Assembly (NCBI GenBank): GCA_021814545.1
Contig: JAKAID010000001.1
Span: 107,910 to 171,909, forward strand
DNA length: 64,000 nucleotides
Origin: a bacterium
Lineage (GTDB): Bacteria > Patescibacteriota > Minisyncoccia > UBA6257 > GWB1-50-10
Direction: 5' to 3'
The position numbers and the translations under genes were made by a program. The notes under the pieces are model-generated. The model saw only the letters and a program-made list of their open reading frames with translations. It had not been told where the DNA came from and did not search any database. Positions within the stretch are counted from its first letter, which is position 1; the number at the start of each line of letters is the position of its first letter. Positions 55,256 through 64,000 of the stretch are shown piece after piece.

Positions 55256-55816
55256 TTATTTACGGAGCTTTCCCCGTAGGGCGATGAGCGCCCGCCGGTA
55301 CCTGCTTTTTACCGTATCCAGGGACACCTCGCTCATTTCCGCTATCTCGCGAAAAGAGAGCTCTTCGGTGTGGTGGAGCACAATAACCGCCTGCTGCTCG
55401 GGCGGCAGCTCCCGCATCGCTTCCTCTACCCGCGCCACAAGGTCCCGTTCCTCAAAAACCTCCTCAAGGAGCGGCGCTTCATCGGGAATCGTTTCTTCAA
55501 AATCTGCACCGCCTCCCTCGCGCGCGATATCGCCAAAGAGCACGGGCTTCTTCTTTTTCAACCAATTGAGCGAAGCATTCTTGGCAATAGAAAAGAGCCA
55601 CGGCTTGAACGCGCGGCTGCGGTCGAATGCGCGTAGCCCTTTCCACGCATTCATGAACGCGTCTTGAGTGATATCTTCAGCATCCCCCTCGTTCCTTGCG
55701 TAGAGATACACGAAGTTATAGACCGCCTTCATGTAGCGCGCCACAAGCTCCCCGAATGCGCGTGTGTCGCCCTCGAGGTGCCGCGCAACCAATTCATTGT
55801 CAGAAATACCGCTCAT
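55256..55816 (-). CDS. ECF-type RNA polymerase sigma-70 factor
   Basis: Region 2 (..YMKAVYNFVYLYARNEGDAEDITQDAFMNAWKGL..) and region 4 HTH (..LSFREIAEMSEVSLDTVKSRYRRAL..). Confidence 0.85.
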   Translation of the reverse strand: MSGISDNELVARHLEGDTRAFGELVARYMKAVYNFVYLYARNEGDAEDITQDAFMNAWKGLRAFDRSRAFKPWLFSIAKNASLNWLKKKKPVLFGDIAREGGGADFEETIPDEAPLLEEVFEERDLVARVEEAMRELPPEQQAVIVLHHTEELSFREIAEMSEVSLDTVKSRYRRALIALRGKLRK

Positions 55817-55883
55817 GCACGTTTATGATACTCTTCCGGCCTGCTTTGTTAAATTTGCGCGGTTGCTCTACACTAAATACGTT

Positions 55884-56264
55884 ATGGAACACACGCACGA
55901 ATCGACTCCGCGGCACATTGCCCACAGCTTCCGCGATGCGTTTGCCGGCCTTTTCACCGTATGGAGCGAGGAGCGCAATTTCCGCGTTCAGGTTGTGGCG
56001 GCGGTTCTCGTCGGCATCGCTATGTTCTCCCTTGGGTTCGACTATCTTGAAACTGCTATCGTTATCTTCGCGATTGTCTTGGTACTCACCACCGAGGTCG
56101 TGAATACCGCGTTCGAGGATGCAATGAATAAGATAGAACCCCACCACGACCCGCTCGTGGGGCGCATTAAAGACATTGCCGCGGGCGCGGTCATTTTGAG
56201 CGTTATTGGCGCTGTAGTGATAGGAATCCTCGTGTTCGGGCACCACTTCTTCCTCTTCCGCTAA
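55884..56264 (+). CDS. dgkA: diacylglycerol kinase (prokaryotic DgkA family)
   Basis: Three TM helices with ..LTTEVVNTAFEDAMN.. signature. Start trimmed to MEHTHEST at 55884. Confidence 0.8.
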   Translation: MEHTHESTPRHIAHSFRDAFAGLFTVWSEERNFRVQVVAAVLVGIAMFSLGFDYLETAIVIFAIVLVLTTEVVNTAFEDAMNKIEPHHDPLVGRIKDIAAGAVILSVIGAVVIGILVFGHHFFLFR

Positions 56265-56270
56265 CGGGGC

Positions 56271-56660
56271 TTATTTCATTTTACTGATTACCCCCTGCAC
56301 CACCTCTCCTACTCTGAAATCCGCCTTTACAATGTAATCCACTGCGCCAAGCTTCTTCCCCGTGGCGATATCTTTGTCTTGGCTTAAGTTGCTCACGATA
56401 ATGACGGGAACATCTTTCCACCCCTCGAGCTTCTTCATCTCTTGGAGGAGCTCGAACCCGCTCGTCCCGGGAAGCATGAGGTCAAGGAGCACTGCGTTCG
56501 TGGGTTTTTTTGAAAATTGTTTCCGCGCCTCGTCCGCATCGGCTGCCATTACTACTTCCACGCCTTCATTCTCGAAGCGTATCTCATATGCCTTCATGAG
56601 AAACACATCATCCTCGATGATAAGCACTCTTTTTGAATTCTTCCCTTTTGCTGCCATCAT
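56271..56660 (-). CDS. single-domain response regulator (CheY-like receiver)
   Basis: VLIIEDDVFLMK...phospho-acceptor region VLLDLMLPGTSGFELL...conserved Lys region (IVKAD). Start trimmed to MMAAKG. Confidence 0.85.
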   Translation of the reverse strand: MMAAKGKNSKRVLIIEDDVFLMKAYEIRFENEGVEVVMAADADEARKQFSKKPTNAVLLDLMLPGTSGFELLQEMKKLEGWKDVPVIIVSNLSQDKDIATGKKLGAVDYIVKADFRVGEVVQGVISKMK

Positions 56661-56686
56661 TGGTTTATTATAGCACCATACGACCG

Positions 56687-59068
56687 CTACGCCATAAGTC
56701 GCACGTCCCCCTCTTTGGGCTCCACGCCGCGTTTCGGGATGGTGAAGAAGAACGTGGCACCCTTGCCTTCCTCCGATTCGAACCAGATCTTCCCTCCCCA
56801 CCCCTCGATAAGGGTCTTCGCAAGCGAGAGACCGATACCAGAACCGTCGGGTACGAGCCGCACCGCGTTCGGCGCACGATAGAATTTCGTAAAGATATTT
56901 GCCTGCGCCGCCTGCGGGATACCGATGCCCTCATCTTTTACCGCGCATTCGATATCGCCGTCATTTTCGGTGAACGAGACGGTAACCGTTGCGCGTTTCG
57001 GCGAATATTGAAGCGCATTCCCAATGAGGTTTTGCAATACCTGCCAGAGGAAATCGCGGTCCATATTCACCATCATATCGTTCGGCAGCGAAGACTCGAT
57101 TTTTATTTTTTGCATCCCCTTCTTCCGCAAAACCTCGAGCGACTTCGCTACTTCTTTCGCGAGCACCTCGGGTACAATAGGCACCGGCGCCACCTTCACG
57201 CGGCCCGTTTCTACCCGCGCCGTCTGCAGCAAAAAGTTTACGAGGTCGCTCATGCGTTCGGTGGATTTATTTATCTCGCCCGCAAGGTCCGCCTGCTTTT
57301 TATTGAGTTTGCCGCCAATACCTTCGGCGAGCATCTCGCCAAACCAGCGGATGGCGGTGAGGGGGGCGCGCATCTGGTGCGCCGCGACCGAGATGAAGCC
57401 ACTCCTCGCATCCTCAAGTTTCTTTTCTTCGGTCACGTCCCTTACGACCGCGACCACGCCAAGAATGACGGAATCCTGCGAATAGGGCGACACGACGGCC
57501 GAAACGGGAACCTTTTTGCCGCTATTTAGTACCAGTAAAAACCGCTCGCGCAGTATCTTCCCCTCGGTGAGCGACCGCGCCAATATGCTTTGTGAAATAG
57601 GCACGAATGAACCATCATCATACTGGGCCCCCGAAGCGAGCGCACTCGCATCATTTCCGAGCACATCGTCTATTTCCAGGCCAAGCATTTTTGCGGCGCC
57701 CCTGTTCGCGAACACAAGCCTATTCTGCCGGTCGACCACCACCACTGCGTTGTCAATGCTCTCAAGGATAGCCTCGTGTTTTGCGTTCTCTACCTCTATT
57801 TCACGTTTTGCGTCCGCAATCATTATCCGCTGTTGCTCGGATTGACGCACGCGCATAGCGAGGTCCGCGGTCGCGGAACGTATCTTTTCTTCCATGCTGG
57901 TATAGAGGTTATCGAGGCGTTCCACCATTGAATTGAACGCATTGCTCAACGTCTGCACCTCAAACCCGCCATCGATTTCCAGGCGCTCCTTGAAATTCCC
58001 TTCACTGATACGCACAACGGAATCGACAACGCGCGTAATAACCCCGAACGTAGAGCGCATAATGAGCGCCACGCCCGCCAAAACGGCGAGCGAAATCAGC
58101 ATAATAAGCATGGCGAGCATAATCGCAGCATTAATGGCGGTTGCCTCGACGCCACCCATATTTGCCTCATACACGAAATAAAAAGGGTAGTCTCCTACGC
58201 GCGAGATACCGAGCACCTCGGTCGCGCCATCTTCTTTATCAATGACATCTACCGTGGTCGGTTTTTCATAGTGCAGCAATGCATCAAGAACCACATCGTA
58301 CTGCAGCGGGCCTACCTCTATCCCGGGGAAGGTCCGGGCATTCTTGATGCGGGCCAGCGCCTCGGGCGAGAGGACTCCCAAGCTTTTGAATACGCGCGCG
58401 AGGACATTTGATGACACCACTATTCCGTCTTCATTCACCAGCATTATTTTCGGAGAATACGTCCCCGACACATACCCTTCTATCATTTTATTAATGACAT
58501 CCGCATCGCGTTTCATAACTACCACGCCAATCGGATTATTCTTTGCGCCCATAATCGGGGCGGAAAAGTAGTACCCGGGCTGGAGCGAAGTGACACCTAT
58601 CGCCATCAACATGCTCCGCCTGCCCTCCATCGCCTCTTTAAAATAGCTGCGGAATGAGTAATTTTGCCCCATGAACGCCGGGTCGGTCGAGGCAACGGCG
58701 GTGCCCGTAGCATTGAGTAAAAATATCGCTGAATACTGATTATTGATATTAAACGAATCGAAAACCCTTACCATCTGTGCTGATGTGCGTGCCGGTACGC
58801 CATGCGCTATGAATTTTGCCACTGACTCTTGTGCGGCAAGAATGCCCGCGGTCTCTTCTGAATCGGAAAAGAGCCGCGAGAGTTCGTGCGTTTCTTGCCC
58901 GAGCGTCGAGAGCAGATTGCGCCTTTCGAGCGCCGCAAGGTCGCGCAGCGATATTGTGTACACGAGGTACGATGCGATAGCGGCGCCCGCCACAATGACG
59001 CCCGCAATAACAAGCGTGAGACGCGTCGCGGTCGACATCTTTTTTACTGTTTCTGCGATGCGCTCCAT
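56687..59068 (-). CDS. sensor histidine kinase (extracytoplasmic sensor domain, HAMP, coiled coil, PAS, HisKA, HATPase_c)
   Basis: Two TM helices flanking a ~280-aa sensor domain; PAS with ..VVVDRQNRLVFANRGAAKMLG..; H-box ISVAAHQMRAPLTAI; N/G1/G2 boxes (..DEGIGIPQ..; ..GSGIGLSLAKTLIEGWGGKIWFESEEGKGATF..). Confidence 0.9.
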   Translation of the reverse strand: MERIAETVKKMSTATRLTLVIAGVIVAGAAIASYLVYTISLRDLAALERRNLLSTLGQETHELSRLFSDSEETAGILAAQESVAKFIAHGVPARTSAQMVRVFDSFNINNQYSAIFLLNATGTAVASTDPAFMGQNYSFRSYFKEAMEGRRSMLMAIGVTSLQPGYYFSAPIMGAKNNPIGVVVMKRDADVINKMIEGYVSGTYSPKIMLVNEDGIVVSSNVLARVFKSLGVLSPEALARIKNARTFPGIEVGPLQYDVVLDALLHYEKPTTVDVIDKEDGATEVLGISRVGDYPFYFVYEANMGGVEATAINAAIMLAMLIMLISLAVLAGVALIMRSTFGVITRVVDSVVRISEGNFKERLEIDGGFEVQTLSNAFNSMVERLDNLYTSMEEKIRSATADLAMRVRQSEQQRIMIADAKREIEVENAKHEAILESIDNAVVVVDRQNRLVFANRGAAKMLGLEIDDVLGNDASALASGAQYDDGSFVPISQSILARSLTEGKILRERFLLVLNSGKKVPVSAVVSPYSQDSVILGVVAVVRDVTEEKKLEDARSGFISVAAHQMRAPLTAIRWFGEMLAEGIGGKLNKKQADLAGEINKSTERMSDLVNFLLQTARVETGRVKVAPVPIVPEVLAKEVAKSLEVLRKKGMQKIKIESSLPNDMMVNMDRDFLWQVLQNLIGNALQYSPKRATVTVSFTENDGDIECAVKDEGIGIPQAAQANIFTKFYRAPNAVRLVPDGSGIGLSLAKTLIEGWGGKIWFESEEGKGATFFFTIPKRGVEPKEGDVRLMA

Positions 59069-59094
59069 TCCATCATTATTATATCAGTATCGCA

Positions 59095-59125
59095 TTGGCG
59101 CCCGCACGGGCGTACGGGGTATAAT
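59095..59125 (+). promoter_or_regulatory. putative promoter for cdaA with -10 TATAAT ending 6 nt before the ATG (leaderless or near-leaderless transcript)
   Basis: TTGGCG...TATAAT seen in sequence; no room for an SD. Confidence 0.35.
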
Positions 59126-59131
59126 TTTTGC

Positions 59132-59995
59132 ATGGTTCACTCTCTCATCGGGCTCAAGGATGCGGCCGATATCGCCATCGTTGCGTTCCTTGTCTACATC
59201 TTCATCCTCATCGTCCGAAGGACGAACTCTACATATATTTTTTACGGGGTGGGTATTCTCGGCGGCATCTACTTTGCCGCACGCATGTTCAACCTCGCGC
59301 TCACCCGCATCATTTTCCAAACCGCGCTTCCCTTCCTCGTATTCGTTCTCATTGTCATCTTCCAGCGTGAGATACGATTCTTTTTTGAGTGGATGGCAAC
59401 CTGGCCGCTCCTCGGTTTCTTGAAGAAGAAAGATGCGGTCTCTTCCGCGACCCTCAATGACATCATGGCATCGGTTATCCGCCTTGCGGAAACTAAAACG
59501 GGCGCGCTCATTGTTATCTCCGGCCGGCAATCGCTGGGGCGTTTCACGAAGGGCGGCTTCCCGCTCGGCGGGCGTATTTCGGTGCCGCTTCTCTTGAGTA
59601 TCTTTGATGCCTCAACCCCCGGACACGACGGTGCGGTCATTATAAGCCGCGACCGCGTGGAAATATTCGGCACGCGGCTCCCCCTCGCGGAAAAGTTTGA
59701 CTACGAAAACCTGGGCACGCGCCACTGTGCCGCGCTTGGCCTTGCAGAACGCACTGACGCGTTCGTTGTCGTGGTTTCCGAAGAGCGCGGCACCATCTCT
59801 TACGCGTTCGACGACGCCCTCACCACCGTGAACGAGCCAATTGAGCTGAAAGACGCGCTCCAGGCGTTCTTAGCGGATAAATTGCCTGAAGAAGAAAAAA
59901 GCCCGCTCCACACGCTTGTTACGAGGAACGTTCCCGAAAAACTTGCCGCAATCGCGGTCGCACTTGCGGCATGGCTCCTCTATCAGAGCGTATAA
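59132..59995 (+). CDS. cdaA: diadenylate cyclase (CdaA, membrane-anchored DAC domain)
   Basis: Three N-terminal TM helices; DAC motifs ..GALIVISGRQ.., DGAVIIS.., RHCAALGL..; C-terminal extension with TM. Confidence 0.85.
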   Translation: MVHSLIGLKDAADIAIVAFLVYIFILIVRRTNSTYIFYGVGILGGIYFAARMFNLALTRIIFQTALPFLVFVLIVIFQREIRFFFEWMATWPLLGFLKKKDAVSSATLNDIMASVIRLAETKTGALIVISGRQSLGRFTKGGFPLGGRISVPLLLSIFDASTPGHDGAVIISRDRVEIFGTRLPLAEKFDYENLGTRHCAALGLAERTDAFVVVVSEERGTISYAFDDALTTVNEPIELKDALQAFLADKLPEEEKSPLHTLVTRNVPEKLAAIAVALAAWLLYQSV

Positions 59996-59999
59996 CGCG

Positions 60000-61220
60000 C
60001 TACCACCGTATTGCCGTGCGCGGGGTTGCGCCCGCACGGTAGTCGCAGACATCGCACTTCCCGCACTCGTCCGTTTTATATTCCTCGCCAAAATATTTTA
60101 AGAGCATTCTCCGCCGGCAAAACCGCGCGGTACAATACGTTACCATCGTCTCAAGCTGCTGCTCGGCAACACGAATACGCGCGGCGTCCGTCATTTTACT
60201 GATAAAAAACTCGTGCTTCTCTTTGTCGTGGAAACTGAAGAAGAGCACACACTCCGCGGGCTTCCCGTCGCGCCCCGCGCGGCCGGTTTCTTGGTAATAC
60301 CCTTCGATGTTTTTCGGAAGGTCGTGGTGGATAACGAAGCGAATATCGGGCTTGTCGATTCCCATGCCGAACGCAATGGTCGCCGCGATTACCTGCACCT
60401 CGCCCCTCATAAAGAGCTCCTGATTTTTCGCACGCTCTTTGGGCGCAAGGCCTGCATGGTACGGCAATGCTTGAATGCCGTCCGCGGTGAGGTCCTCCGC
60501 CATGCGGTCAACCGAGGCGCGCGAGTGGCAATACACAATTCCTGAGGCTCCCGGACGGTCCTCGATGTAGCTCAATATCTCCGCATAGGCGTTCTGTTTT
60601 GGCCGTATAGAATAGTGGAGATTTTTACGGTCGAAACTTCCGCAGAATGAGCCGTACTCATTGAACGCGAGCTGGCGCACGATATCGGCGCGCACCTTCG
60701 TGGTTGCGGTCGCGGTAAGCGCAATAACGGGAGCTGTGGGGAAAAGGCTCCTCACGAGGGCTATTTTGCGATATTCGGGGCGAAAATCGTGCCCCCACTC
60801 CGATATGCAGTGTGCTTCATCTATCGCGAATAAGGCCACGGGAAGCGTTTTAAGGAACTCCATAAAGCCTTCCTTCATAAGGCGCTCAGGCGCAACATAA
60901 AGAATTTTCAGCTTCCCCTCCTTTAGTTCATCTTTAATGCGCCGTTCCTCGCGAACGCCGAGCGTGCTATTCAGATACGCCGCGGGAATATTGCTCTCCT
61001 CAAGTCCTGCCACCTGGTCTTTCATGAGCGAGATAAGCGGCGAGACCACGAGAGTGAGCCCCGGGAGCATCATTGCGGGCAGCTGATAGCAGAGCGATTT
61101 CCCGCCGCCCGTGGGCAGGAGCGCGAGCGTGTCTCTGCCTGCGAGTACGTTCTCGATTATCGCCTGCTGCATCGGACGAAATTCATCAAATCCGAAATAT
61201 TTTTTTAGCGTTTCACGCAT
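60000..61220 (-). CDS. recQ: RecQ-family ATP-dependent DNA helicase (minimal: helicase core plus Zn-binding, no HRDC)
   Basis: LALLPTGGGKSLCYQLPA (motif I), DEAH, SAT, helicase motifs IV-VI, C-terminal Cys4 Zn-binding (CRRRMLLKYFGEEY..CGKCDVC). Confidence 0.9.
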   Translation of the reverse strand: MRETLKKYFGFDEFRPMQQAIIENVLAGRDTLALLPTGGGKSLCYQLPAMMLPGLTLVVSPLISLMKDQVAGLEESNIPAAYLNSTLGVREERRIKDELKEGKLKILYVAPERLMKEGFMEFLKTLPVALFAIDEAHCISEWGHDFRPEYRKIALVRSLFPTAPVIALTATATTKVRADIVRQLAFNEYGSFCGSFDRKNLHYSIRPKQNAYAEILSYIEDRPGASGIVYCHSRASVDRMAEDLTADGIQALPYHAGLAPKERAKNQELFMRGEVQVIAATIAFGMGIDKPDIRFVIHHDLPKNIEGYYQETGRAGRDGKPAECVLFFSFHDKEKHEFFISKMTDAARIRVAEQQLETMVTYCTARFCRRRMLLKYFGEEYKTDECGKCDVCDYRAGATPRTAIRW

Positions 61221-61307
61221 GAGTTTTGATTATGCTACAAGACCGCACGCACTGCAAAATTTTTCTGTGAATAGCTCATATGCAACTATTCCTTGCAGCA
61301 GAGCTTC

Positions 61308-61376
61308 GTCCGACACCCTTGCGGAGGGTGTCTCCGGGGCGACGCCCAAGTCTTACCCTCCGCAAGGGCGTCGGAC
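61308..61376. repeat. 69-nt nested inverted-repeat element in the recQ/obg divergent intergenic region (two 25-nt arms, each itself a hairpin)
   Basis: Arms GTCCGACACCCTTGCGGAGGGTGTC (61308-61332) and revcomp-related CTTACCCTCCGCAAGGGCGTCGGAC (61352-61376), 22/25 match. Hairpin GACACCC-TTGCGGA-GGGTGTC is an alternative to the 13-bp long-range pairing CCCTTGCGGAGGG/CCCTCCGCAAGGG. Confidence 0.6.
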
Positions 61377-61450
61377 TTCGCCGCACATTATGAGCCTGCT
61401 ATTTAACAAAGCCATAGCAACGTTTATAAAAACCAGGTATCATAACGGCA

Positions 61451-62422
61451 ATGCTTATTGATGATGTCGTTATATCTGTGGCTGCCGGCAACGGCGGCAA
61501 GGGCAAGGTTGCCTTCAATAAGAACCTCATGGAGCTGGGGCCCGTGGGCGGCTCGGGGGGCAATGGCGGGAGCGTCTACTTTGAAGGCGTCTCCGACCTT
61601 GGCGCACTCAATAAATTCCGCTTCAAGAAAGATGTCGCGGCGAAGAGCGGAGAGGACGGCAAAGCGCAATTTAACGATGGCGAGACGGCGCCCGACCTTA
61701 TTCTCCAGGTTCCTGTGGGCACTGTTATCCGCGACCTCGACCGCGACATAACCCACGAAATAGTAAAAATCGGCGAACGGCTTCTTATCGCGAAAGGCGG
61801 CAAGGGTGGCAGGGGTAATTTCCATTTCCGCTCCTCGACGAATACGACGCCGAAATACGCACAGCCCGGACTTCCCGGCGAACAGACTAAGGTGCGCCTG
61901 GAACTTAAGCTCATCGCGGACGTGGGCTTCGTGGGGCTCCCCAATGTGGGCAAATCGAGCCTTTTGAATGTGCTCACTGCCGCGACCGCAAAGGTGGCAA
62001 ATTATCCCTTCACCACGCTCGAGCCAAACCTCGGCGCCTACTACGACCTTATCCTTGCGGACATTCCCGGGCTTATCGAGGGAGCTTCGACCGGCAAAGG
62101 ACTCGGCATCAAATTCCTCCGCCACGTGGAGCGCACCAATACCCTTTTCCATTTCGTTTCCGCAGAATCGGAACATCCCACTGCCGACTACGAGATCATT
62201 CGCAAAGAGCTTGGCGCGTACAATCCTGCACTCCTCGATAAAAAGGAGTATGTATTCGTGAGCAAGAGCGATACCGCAACTGAGGAGCAACTTAAAAAAG
62301 CGATGGCCGCATTGCGGAAGCTAAACCCCCACGTGCTCGCCATATCCATACTCGACGATGAAAGTATGGACGAGGTGCGCAAACTTTTAAACGATATCGC
62401 AAAAGAAAAACACGCTTCCTAA
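61451..62422 (+). CDS. obg: GTPase Obg/CgtA
   Basis: Gly-rich Obg fold (AGNGGKGKVAF..GGSGGNGGSV) plus G-domain (GLPNVGKSS; DIPG; SKSD). Confidence 0.95.
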   Translation: MLIDDVVISVAAGNGGKGKVAFNKNLMELGPVGGSGGNGGSVYFEGVSDLGALNKFRFKKDVAAKSGEDGKAQFNDGETAPDLILQVPVGTVIRDLDRDITHEIVKIGERLLIAKGGKGGRGNFHFRSSTNTTPKYAQPGLPGEQTKVRLELKLIADVGFVGLPNVGKSSLLNVLTAATAKVANYPFTTLEPNLGAYYDLILADIPGLIEGASTGKGLGIKFLRHVERTNTLFHFVSAESEHPTADYEIIRKELGAYNPALLDKKEYVFVSKSDTATEEQLKKAMAALRKLNPHVLAISILDDESMDEVRKLLNDIAKEKHAS

Positions 62423-62436
62423 GAAGCGTGTTTTTT
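62411..62436. terminator. bidirectional terminator (CACGCTTC-CTAA-GAAGCGTG plus T6; A-run upstream) overlapping the obg stop
   Basis: Seen in sequence. Confidence 0.65.
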
Positions 62437-62440
62437 GTTC

Positions 62441-63349
62441 TTATACGTGGAGATAGCGCCGCACTGCGAAGTAACTTGAAGCGACTCCCATACCTACACA
62501 GAACAAGAGTTGGTATGCAAAGAGCGAGAGGAAGTTCCCGCTGAAGTACCCCGCAATATCTACCTCGCCCACGAAACTATTGATAGAAGGAGAGAGAAAA
62601 TTGATGAGCGGAATCATTACAAGGTAACTCACAAGGGATGCAATAATGCCGTAGATAATGCCCTCCACCACGAACGGGCCGCGAATAAACGCATTCGAGG
62701 CGCCCACAAGCCGCATGATGTTTATCTGCTCGCTTGCCGAGAATATCGCAAGGCGGATGGTGTTGAACGTAACGATGATGGCGAGGAACGAGAGGAACAG
62801 TGTGAGCGTGATGCCGCCCTTGCGGAGCGTATCGATAAGCCCGATAAGCCTATCGATAACGATCTGGTTCTGCGCATAGGTCACCTTCTCTATCTGATCT
62901 TTAAGCGTCTGACTCTCTAAATAGCTCGCGATCGCCTTATATTGGCTCGGGTCCTTCGCTTTGATATTCAGCGACGCAAGGAGGGGGTTCTTATCGAGCT
63001 CCTCGACTGCTTGGCTCAAGGCCGAGTCGCTCTCATGACGCTTCTTGAAATCCGCGAGCGCCTGCTCCGAAGAAATGTATTCGACGCTCCGCACCTCATC
63101 AAGGTTCTCGAGCGACTTCTTCATGCTCAAAATATAGTCCTCTGCAGCATTGCTCTTGAAATACACGCTGATATCTATCTTCTCCTGAAGCGAGGCGATG
63201 GTCGCCTTCCCCATCACATTGAAGAGCACCAGCCCCTCGAACACGATAGCAGCGAGTATCATGATGCCGATAGTCGAAACCGAAAGCCAGCCATTCCTTA
63301 TGAATGCCTGAATGCCGTATTTAATGATGCGCGTAAGTGTTACTATCAT
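62441..63349 (-). CDS. ftsX: cell division protein FtsX
   Basis: N-terminal TM, extracytoplasmic domain, C-terminal 3-TM FtsX domain; immediately downstream of ftsE. Confidence 0.85.
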   Translation of the reverse strand: MIVTLTRIIKYGIQAFIRNGWLSVSTIGIMILAAIVFEGLVLFNVMGKATIASLQEKIDISVYFKSNAAEDYILSMKKSLENLDEVRSVEYISSEQALADFKKRHESDSALSQAVEELDKNPLLASLNIKAKDPSQYKAIASYLESQTLKDQIEKVTYAQNQIVIDRLIGLIDTLRKGGITLTLFLSFLAIIVTFNTIRLAIFSASEQINIMRLVGASNAFIRGPFVVEGIIYGIIASLVSYLVMIPLINFLSPSINSFVGEVDIAGYFSGNFLSLFAYQLLFCVGMGVASSYFAVRRYLHV

Positions 63350-63353
63350 ATGC

Positions 63354-63995
63354 TTATTCTAATATGAACCTTCCGTTCGCCTCGTCCTTTATTATCATAC
63401 CGTTCTCGAGCGTAATAACGCGCTGACCCAACGAATTCACCACCTCTTTGTCATGCGTCGCGAGAATGACCGTGCTCCCTAACTCGTTTATCTTTGTGAG
63501 GAGCTTCACCACTTCCCAGGTGTTATAGGGGTCGAGATTGCCCGTTGGCTCATCTGCGATAAGCACATCGGGGCGGTTTATCATCGCGCGGGCAATGGCC
63601 ACACGCTGCTTCTCGCCGCCGGAAAGTTCTGAAGGGAAATTCTTTGCCTTGTCTTTTAACCCCACCATATCGAGCACCTGTGGCACGTATTCATTTATCT
63701 CGGATTGCGGGCGACCCGCCACCTCAAGGGCGAATGCCACATTCTCGAACACGTTCTTTTTCGCAAGGAGCCGAAAATCCTGGAAGATGACGCCGATGTG
63801 GCGACGCAATTCAGGAAGCTCTCCCGATTTCAGCTTGTTCACCTCATAAGGGCCGAAAAATACCTGGCCCTTCGTCGGCTTCTCCTCGCCCGTCAACATC
63901 TTAATGATGGTGGACTTCCCTGCGCCCGAGCGCCCCACAATACACACGAACTCGCCGGGCTGTATCTTGAAATTGACCTTATCGAGCGCGGTCAT
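63354..63995 (-). CDS. ftsE: cell division ATP-binding protein FtsE
   Basis: Walker A GRSGAGKST, signature LSGGEKQRVAIARAM, Walker [12 protein letters not shown]. The start sits near the window edge and may extend. Confidence 0.9.
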   Translation of the reverse strand: MTALDKVNFKIQPGEFVCIVGRSGAGKSTIIKMLTGEEKPTKGQVFFGPYEVNKLKSGELPELRRHIGVIFQDFRLLAKKNVFENVAFALEVAGRPQSEINEYVPQVLDMVGLKDKAKNFPSELSGGEKQRVAIARAMINRPDVLIADEPTGNLDPYNTWEVVKLLTKINELGSTVILATHDKEVVNSLGQRVITLENGMIIKDEANGRFILE

Positions 63996-64000
63996 GCTCC

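Noticed and set aside
1-64000. CRISPR arrays, rRNA genes, IS elements, integrases and prophage structural genes
   Set aside because: No regularly spaced direct repeats, no rRNA-like sequence, and no transposase, integrase or capsid/terminase-like ORFs were seen anywhere in the window.

Overview
This 64 kb window looks like a chromosomal segment from a small-genome bacterium, most plausibly a Patescibacteria/CPR-like lineage. That inference rests on a DUF4012 protein next to GT4 glycosyltransferases, very compact genes with frequent overlaps, a minimal RecQ, and few regulators. Genes are tightly packed on both strands, and bulk GC is roughly 55-58%. Most of the window is housekeeping. It encodes ribosomal proteins L19, L27 and L9, plus HisRS, LepA, Obg, MurA, Def-Fmt, DprA-TopA, RecQ, RmuC, CdaA and FtsEX. 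It also carries many RNA-modification enzymes (Dus, TruB, TrmH-like, RsmE, RsmI, RluA and RsuA-like proteins). There are five tRNAs: Gly-CCC, Cys-GCA, Ile-GAU, Leu-GAG and Gln-CUG. I found no rRNA, no CRISPR array and no transposase.

The accessory and unusual content is:
1. A sharply AT-rich islet at about 43.3-46.2 kb (30-37% GC). It carries a beta-class SPPY DNA methyltransferase, a convergent abutting 195-aa candidate restriction endonuclease, tRNA-Gln with its own promoter, and a 258-aa protein with an R-x4-H HEPN-like motif. I read this as a candidate defense island.
2. A NOX/ferric-reductase-like flavocytochrome at 26.2-28.8 kb. It is flanked by two membrane-anchored cytochrome-b5/MAPR-like proteins and sits beside a glutaredoxin and a Pro-rich secreted protein.
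3. A co-directional minus-strand array at 48.8-59.1 kb: ECF sigma, anti-sigma-like protein, a small secreted beta-rich protein, HlyD adaptor, ABC ATPase, FtsX-like permease and a second small secreted protein. It is followed by two tandem high-GC3 paralogs of unknown function and lies next to a histidine kinase/response regulator pair.
4. A second MacAB-like tripartite set at 3.4-7.1 kb, whose ATPase carries an N-terminal YHS/TRASH-like metal-binding domain.
5. A scattered cohort of very high GC3 orphan genes at 8.2, 35.3, 40.7 and 48.8-50.2 kb. Their composition suggests foreign origin.
6. A 69-nt nested inverted repeat with two mutually exclusive foldings in the divergent recQ/obg intergenic region.
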